Below are positions 57,033 to 64,000 of a stretch of 64,000 bases of DNA, piece by piece. The stretch is taken from positions 11,960 to 75,959 of the forward strand of contig JBBTRQ010000008.1 of the NCBI GenBank assembly GCA_038065075.1, read 5' to 3'. The DNA is from Patescibacteria group bacterium. GTDB lineage: Bacteria; Patescibacteriota; Patescibacteriia; UBA9934; GWF2-40-263. A program made the position numbers and the translations under genes. The stretch's first letter is position 1. Every line of letters begins with the position of its first letter. The notes under the pieces were generated by a model. It did no database searches, was not told where the DNA came from, and saw nothing but the letters and a program-made list of their open reading frames with translations.

Positions 57033-57133
57033 CACGTGGGTCCACGACCCACCTTTTCACTTGTTCACGAGCTTCTCGTGGACAGATGAGACCGTTCACT
57101 CTTGATCTTTGTCCCAAATCTGCGATAAACTTC

Positions 57134-57309
57134 AAAAGTTCCCGAACCTAAGGCTGCGAAGTTGCGGTACGACAAAACCAGGTCTAAATCGCGAGCATAG
57201 GTCATTCGCCGCAAGGCTGAGTGACCAAAATCTCTCTCCTCTGCTCAAACGTTCTGATCCGGGTTCCTGTCGTGACCCTTCTCCGCAGCCTCAGCTTCGG
57301 GAGCTTTTT
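57134..57309 (+). ncRNA. candidate 6S-like rod-shaped ncRNA (~170 nt)
   Basis: 5' AAAAGTTCCCGAA..AGGCTGCG pairs with 3' CGCAGCCT..TTCGGGAGCTTTT; inner stems, central bubble, upstream TTGATC-18-TAAACT. Confidence 0.55.
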
Positions 57310-57353
57310 GATTTTGGAGAGAGAAAATCCAGCCCGTTGAGGCTGGATTTTAT

Positions 57354-57746
57354 TCAAGTTTCGGAAAAACCTAACTTGAGCAATGTGTCGCGTGCGTCTT
57401 CTAATTGGTCGGCTTTCACAAGGACATAATCTTTTGAGTAGGTTGAGACAATCAGGATATTCATGCCGCTATCGGCAATAGCCTGGCTGATCCTCGCGAG
57501 GAAACCGACGCAGTAGAATGGAATGGCTACATTGAGTGCAATGAGTCGATAGTCGTCTTTGTTGCGTTCGATAAGATCGAGGGTCGTAACGTTTTCAGAT
57601 TGTGTCACCACGGTGATCTCGTCTCCATCTTTCGTTACCATGAAGTGATTTTCATCTGGCCAACTCTTGACCTTGGCGTACACGAACATCCCGTCTTCGA
57701 TGCTAAAAGAGCTTGCGTGGATGATGTCATTAAGTTGCTGTCTCAT
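57354..57746 (-). CDS. ACT-domain protein
   Basis: VGFLARISQAIADSGMNILIVSTYSKDYVLVK; CT-ATG start at 57746. Confidence 0.85.
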   Translation of the reverse strand: MRQQLNDIIHASSFSIEDGMFVYAKVKSWPDENHFMVTKDGDEITVVTQSENVTTLDLIERNKDDYRLIALNVAIPFYCVGFLARISQAIADSGMNILIVSTYSKDYVLVKADQLEDARDTLLKLGFSET

Positions 57747-57825
57747 AGTCGTTTTACTGAGATTGAGCTTACGGAGAAAGTCTACCACTGAGAGCTCAAT
57801 ACAAGGAACTGTCCGCAATTCAGTT

Positions 57826-57861
57826 GATGACTTTTTTAGACCGGGGTACAAAAAAGTCATC
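57826..57861. repeat. downstream inverted repeat / palindrome of PaaX-like gene 2
   Basis: GATGACTTTTTT-AGACCGGGGTAC-AAAAAAGTCATC, overlapping the stop codon. Confidence 0.88.
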
Positions 57862-58423
57862 ACTGCTGTCTCGCGAGGAATACCTCTACCCACGTTTGGA
57901 TCTTCGCTGATTTTACGAAGTCCCGGACATCATCGATGACATCAAGATCTGACTTCCAGACACTCTTTTGGACTTGCGTGAAACCAGCCTTCTTAAGAAA
58001 GGCTCGAAATGAATTTCGACCACGTCTAGCATCGACGGGAAAATCAAATAACACCAAACAGATGAAACCATCAGGGAGTTTCGGACGTTCCTTCATGGTT
58101 TCTTTCCTAAGTTTCACCTGACCTTCCTTTGACAACTCGACAAACAAACGACCTTCCACCTTTTTTGTCTGAATGAGCTTTTTCCGCCGTAGGTAAGCAA
58201 GTCGGTTTCGGTAGGCACTCGCCGCTCTTTCACGTTCCTCTGCGAGCGTGTGCTCGCCCTCATAGCGGTGTGGCTGTCGTCTTGCCCACTGTTCGAACAA
58301 TTCAGAGGCTTCTCGAGCCTCGTCCTCGAGCAACTCAAGGAAGTCGCTGATTTTGTGGTTTATGCTTCTTTCTTCTCTGTTCATAAATGCTGAAATTAAT
58401 CGACCGGGGTCTAAAAAAGTCAT
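57860..58423 (-). CDS. PaaX-like protein (wHTH plus Cas2-fold domain), second paralog
   Basis: LAYLRRKKLI...LSKEG; VLFDFP...R..FR.FL...GF..VQKSVW; start at 58423 or 58384. Confidence 0.85.
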   Translation of the reverse strand: MTFLDPGRLISAFMNREERSINHKISDFLELLEDEAREASELFEQWARRQPHRYEGEHTLAEERERAASAYRNRLAYLRRKKLIQTKKVEGRLFVELSKEGQVKLRKETMKERPKLPDGFICLVLFDFPVDARRGRNSFRAFLKKAGFTQVQKSVWKSDLDVIDDVRDFVKSAKIQTWVEVFLARQQ

Positions 58424-58424
58424 C
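58403..58424. repeat. upstream inverted repeat of PaaX-like gene 2
   Basis: GGTCTAAAAAAGTCATC (58408-58424) is the exact reverse complement of 57826-57842. Confidence 0.88.
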
Positions 58425-58547
58425 GTGAGAAAGTGCTGCGGGAGCCACTTCAAAAACAAAATCCCCCTAACACAAGTACATGTGAGAGGGGGAGGACATA
58501 GTCATTTAATCAGGAAATGAGCCCGCCGTCAATTTGTGGATATCTCC

Positions 58548-58576
58548 TTGACGCGAGGAAAGACGCGTGCTACGAT
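58548..58576 (+). promoter_or_regulatory. rpoBC promoter followed by ~200-nt structured leader
   Basis: TTGACG-17-TACGAT with TG extension. Confidence 0.7.
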
Positions 58577-58784
58577 CGCCCTGCATTTACGTTGGGTTTA
58601 GCTAAATTTAGCGAAACTTGACAACCCCTGGCCTCGTCTGCGGCAGAACGGTCAACCAGGAAAGGGGCACATAAAGAGAAACGCTTGGATAACCCCCCTT
58701 CTCTGATGGTGCGCACCCCCCTTATTAACGAGCTATAAAAGGACTTTCCTCCCAGGGAAAGGTTTTTTGTTTTTTAAGCCACCT

Positions 58785-61700
58785 ATGCCTATTTTCCGCC
58801 GCACGCCCGTAAAGACCCGCGAACGCAAGCTGTTTGCCAACGCCGTGGGAGACGCGATGGACGTGCCAGACCTCATTGAGGTTCAGCGCCGTTCCTACCG
58901 CTGGTTTTACGAAGAGGGAATCAAGGAGCTTTTTCAAGAGGTCACGCCGATCACCGATTTCATCGGCCGTGACTTGGAGCTCTACTTTGATGACTATTAT
59001 CTCGACGAGCCAAAGTTCGACGAAAAGACCTCGCGCGAGAAGAACGTCACCTTTGAGGCGCCATTGCGCGTGAAGACTCGCCTGGTGAACTTGCGCACCA
59101 AGGACGTGAAGGAACAGGAGATCTATCTGGGCGATCTCCCGATCATGACCCCACGCGGAACCTTCCTCATCAACGGTGTGGAGCGTGTGGTTGTTTCTCA
59201 GCTCGTGCGTTCCGCCGGAGCGTTTTTTACCGCGGACGTTTACCGCGGCCGCCGCTATTACGGCGCCAAGATCATTCCAAACCGCGGAGCCTGGCTCGAG
59301 TTTGAGACGGATCCCAAGAACGTCATTTGGGTAAAGATTGATCGCAAGCGCAAAGTGCCCGTGACGGCGCTCTTGCGTGCGTTCGGGGTTCCAGACGATG
59401 AGTCGATCATCGATTTCTTTAAGGACATCGATATCCACCCGATGAACCACTACATCGAGTCCACGATCAACAAAGATATTTCCAAGAATGAAGACGAGGG
59501 TCTCATCGAGGTCTACAAGCGTATCCGTCCAGGCGACCGCGCCACGGCCGACAACGCCAAGAGTCTTATTCACTCGATGTTCTTCAACTTCGACCGGTAC
59601 GACCTCGGAAAAGTCGGTCGATACAAATTCAATTTGCGTTTTGACCAGGACATCGACAGCGAGTTGGTCGCCAAGGAAGAAAACCGCATTATCCGCAAGG
59701 AAGACTTGGTCATGATCATTCGTGAGATCATCAAGCTCAACATCGAACAGGGAGAACCAGACGACGTCGATCACCTTGGCAACCGCCGCGTGCGCGCCGT
59801 GGGTGAGCTCATCCAGGGACGTTTCCGCGTGGGACTTGCCCGCATGGAGCGCATCGTGCGCGACCGCATGTCCACCCGCGACATCGAGACCCTGACTCCA
59901 GGTCGACTCATCAATGCGCGTCCCGTGATCGGCGCGATTCGCGAGTTCTTCATGTCCTCTCAGCTTTCACAGTTCATGGACCAGACCAACCCTCTGGCCG
60001 AGCTTGAACACAAGCGCCGCCTCTCCGCGATGGGTCCAGGAGGACTCTCCCGTGAGCGCGCCGGATTCGAAGTCCGCGACGTGCACCCAACTCACTACGG
60101 CCGCATCTGTCCGATCGCGACACCGGAAGGTCCAAACATCGGACTCATCGGCCACCTCGCCTCCTACGCCATCATCAACGATTACGGGTTCATTGAAACG
60201 CCGTACCGCAAAGTCGTGAAGGAGGTGAAAAACGGCAAGACCTTGAGCCGCGTGACGAATGAGATTGAGTTTATCAATGCATTTAAGGAAGAGCGTTCTG
60301 TGACCGTCCCAGCGACCATCCCTATTGATAAGGACGGATACTTTGTCGAAGCATTCGTCGGAGGTCGTAAGTACGGAGAGCCAAAAGTTATCGGCCAAGA
60401 CGAAGTCGACTACATGGACGTTTCTTCCAAACAGATTGTGTCGATCGGCACCGCGCTCATTCCGTTTTTGGAGCACGATGACGCCACGCGCGCGCTCATG
60501 GGTACGAACATGCAACGCCAGGCCGTGCCAACCATCAAGCCTGACGCGCCGATTTGCGGCACCGGAAGTGAGAAGCGTGCCGCGCGCGATTCCGGACACG
60601 TGGTCGTCGCCGAGCAGTCTGGAGAGATCAGCCGCGTGGAGGGAGACGTGGTCGAGATCACCGATGACCACGGCAACAAGGCGGAATACGAACTCAAGAA
60701 ATTCTTGCGCTCCAACAATTCCACCTCCATCAACCAGCGCCCGGTCGTAAACCGTGGACAGAAGATCGTGAAGGGCGATGTGATCGCCGACTCCTCCGCC
60801 GTTGACCACGGGGAACTTGCTCTGGGACAAAACTGTCTGGTCGCCTTCATGGCGTGGGATGGCTACAACTACGAGGACGCCGTCATTTTGAGCGAGCGTC
60901 TCGTCCAAGACGATCGTTTCACGTCCGTCCACATCGAGCACTACACCATGGACGTGCGTGATACCAAGCTTGGTCCTGAAGTGGTGACAAGCGATATTCC
61001 AAACGTGTCTGAAGATAAACTCGGCAACCTCGATTCCGAAGGCGTGATTCGTGTCGGTGCAGAAGTGAAGTCCGGTGACATCTTGGTAGGAAAGATCACG
61101 CCAAAAGGTGAGACCGAACTTTCCGCGGAGGAAAAACTTCTGCGCGCGATCTTCGGAGAGAAGGCTCGCGACGTGCGCGATTCCTCGCTCTATCTTGAGC
61201 ACGGCGAGCACGGCAAAGTCGTGGCCGTGACCGTGTTCTCCCGAGAGGAAGGCGACAAGCTTTCTCCGGGCGTCATCAAGTCCATTCAAGTCACCATCGC
61301 GGACCTTCGCAAAATTCAGGTGGGAGACAAAGTCGCCGGACGTCACGGAAACAAGGGTGTCATCTCCAAGGTCGTGCCTGTTGCGGACATGCCATTTTTG
61401 CCAGACGGAACACCGGTGGACATCATCCTCACCCCGCTGGGTATTGTCTCGCGCATGAACCTCGGACAAATTCTTGAGGTGCACATGGGTCTTGCCGCTA
61501 ACGCGCTTGGCTACAACGTGAACACGCCGGTCCTCAATGGTGTGCCGGAAAAAACAATCTACGACGAGCTTGAACGCGCGGGCTTCCCACGAAGCGGTCA
61601 GGTCACCCTCTTTGACGGCCGCTCTGGAGACGCGTTTGAGAACCTCGTGACCGTGGGCTACATGTACATCCTCAAGCTCTCGCACATGGTCGAGGACAAG

Positions 61701-62045
61701 ATGCATCAACGCTCTATTGGTCCCTACTCGCTCATCACTCAGCAACCGCTGGGAGGAAAAGCGCAGTTCGGCGGACAACGGTTCGGAGAAATGGAAGTGT
61801 GGGCGCTTGAAGCCTACGGCGCGGCGCATATGCTCCAGGAAATTCTCACGATCAAGTCCGATGACGTGCCGGGTCGCTCCAAAGCTTACGAGTCCATCAT
61901 CAAGGGCGATCCGATCCGCAAAGTGAACATCCCAGAATCATTCAACGTTCTCGTGCGCGAACTCAAGGGTCTGTGCTTGGACGTGGAGCTTCTCAAAGAC
62001 GGGCAGAAGGTCGACCTGCCAGGCGAAAAGAAAACGAAAAAGTAA
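58785..62045 (+). CDS. rpoB: RNA polymerase beta subunit
   Basis: [33 protein letters not shown] and GGQRFGEME motifs. Confidence 0.99.
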   Translation: MPIFRRTPVKTRERKLFANAVGDAMDVPDLIEVQRRSYRWFYEEGIKELFQEVTPITDFIGRDLELYFDDYYLDEPKFDEKTSREKNVTFEAPLRVKTRLVNLRTKDVKEQEIYLGDLPIMTPRGTFLINGVERVVVSQLVRSAGAFFTADVYRGRRYYGAKIIPNRGAWLEFETDPKNVIWVKIDRKRKVPVTALLRAFGVPDDESIIDFFKDIDIHPMNHYIESTINKDISKNEDEGLIEVYKRIRPGDRATADNAKSLIHSMFFNFDRYDLGKVGRYKFNLRFDQDIDSELVAKEENRIIRKEDLVMIIREIIKLNIEQGEPDDVDHLGNRRVRAVGELIQGRFRVGLARMERIVRDRMSTRDIETLTPGRLINARPVIGAIREFFMSSQLSQFMDQTNPLAELEHKRRLSAMGPGGLSRERAGFEVRDVHPTHYGRICPIATPEGPNIGLIGHLASYAIINDYGFIETPYRKVVKEVKNGKTLSRVTNEIEFINAFKEERSVTVPATIPIDKDGYFVEAFVGGRKYGEPKVIGQDEVDYMDVSSKQIVSIGTALIPFLEHDDATRALMGTNMQRQAVPTIKPDAPICGTGSEKRAARDSGHVVVAEQSGEISRVEGDVVEITDDHGNKAEYELKKFLRSNNSTSINQRPVVNRGQKIVKGDVIADSSAVDHGELALGQNCLVAFMAWDGYNYEDAVILSERLVQDDRFTSVHIEHYTMDVRDTKLGPEVVTSDIPNVSEDKLGNLDSEGVIRVGAEVKSGDILVGKITPKGETELSAEEKLLRAIFGEKARDVRDSSLYLEHGEHGKVVAVTVFSREEGDKLSPGVIKSIQVTIADLRKIQVGDKVAGRHGNKGVISKVVPVADMPFLPDGTPVDIILTPLGIVSRMNLGQILEVHMGLAANALGYNVNTPVLNGVPEKTIYDELERAGFPRSGQVTLFDGRSGDAFENLVTVGYMYILKLSHMVEDKMHQRSIGPYSLITQQPLGGKAQFGGQRFGEMEVWALEAYGAAHMLQEILTIKSDDVPGRSKAYESIIKGDPIRKVNIPESFNVLVRELKGLCLDVELLKDGQKVDLPGEKKTKK

Positions 62046-62048
62046 TCT

Positions 62049-64000
<1,952 letters not shown>

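Noticed and set aside
35444-58423. CRISPR-Cas system suggested by two Cas2-like domains
   Set aside because: No repeat-spacer array and no cas1 or effector genes in the window; both proteins have an N-terminal wHTH (PaaX-like architecture).
55608-61829. Minus-strand ORFs of 475, 349 and 620 aa
   Set aside because: Antisense shadows of the zinc-ribbon orphan and rpoB.

Overview
Core-genome segment of a Patescibacteria (CPR)-like bacterium, most consistent with a Parcubacteria/Uhrbacteria-type lineage (inferred from gene content and TrmB, PaaX-like and giant surface protein families). Housekeeping genes: rpsO (partial), xerC/D, polA, holA, rpsT, rmuC, ychF, rpsF-ssb-rpsR-epmA-efp, recA, ftsK, rpoB and rpoC (partial). 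Also five tRNAs, two parS sites, three toxin-antitoxin pairs and an ~11 kb surface-protein operon. The most striking signal is two interleaved gene classes. About 20 native genes start at a 'CT-ATG' context with no Shine-Dalgarno (SD). About 16 GC-rich orphan genes have SD-like motifs (mostly GGAG), many with their own sigma70 promoter and structured UTRs; several look like mimics or effectors (PilB N-terminal domain, divergent RelA/SpoT synthetase, lone receiver domain, PD-(D/E)XK-like protein, acidic peptide). Other signals: two wHTH/Cas2-fold (PaaX-like) genes, each bracketed by its own inverted repeat pair; two candidate stand-alone structured ncRNAs; REP-like palindromes inserted in-frame into housekeeping proteins; and cassettes bounded by duplicated 3' ends of resident genes. 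All calls are by eye; no searches were run.
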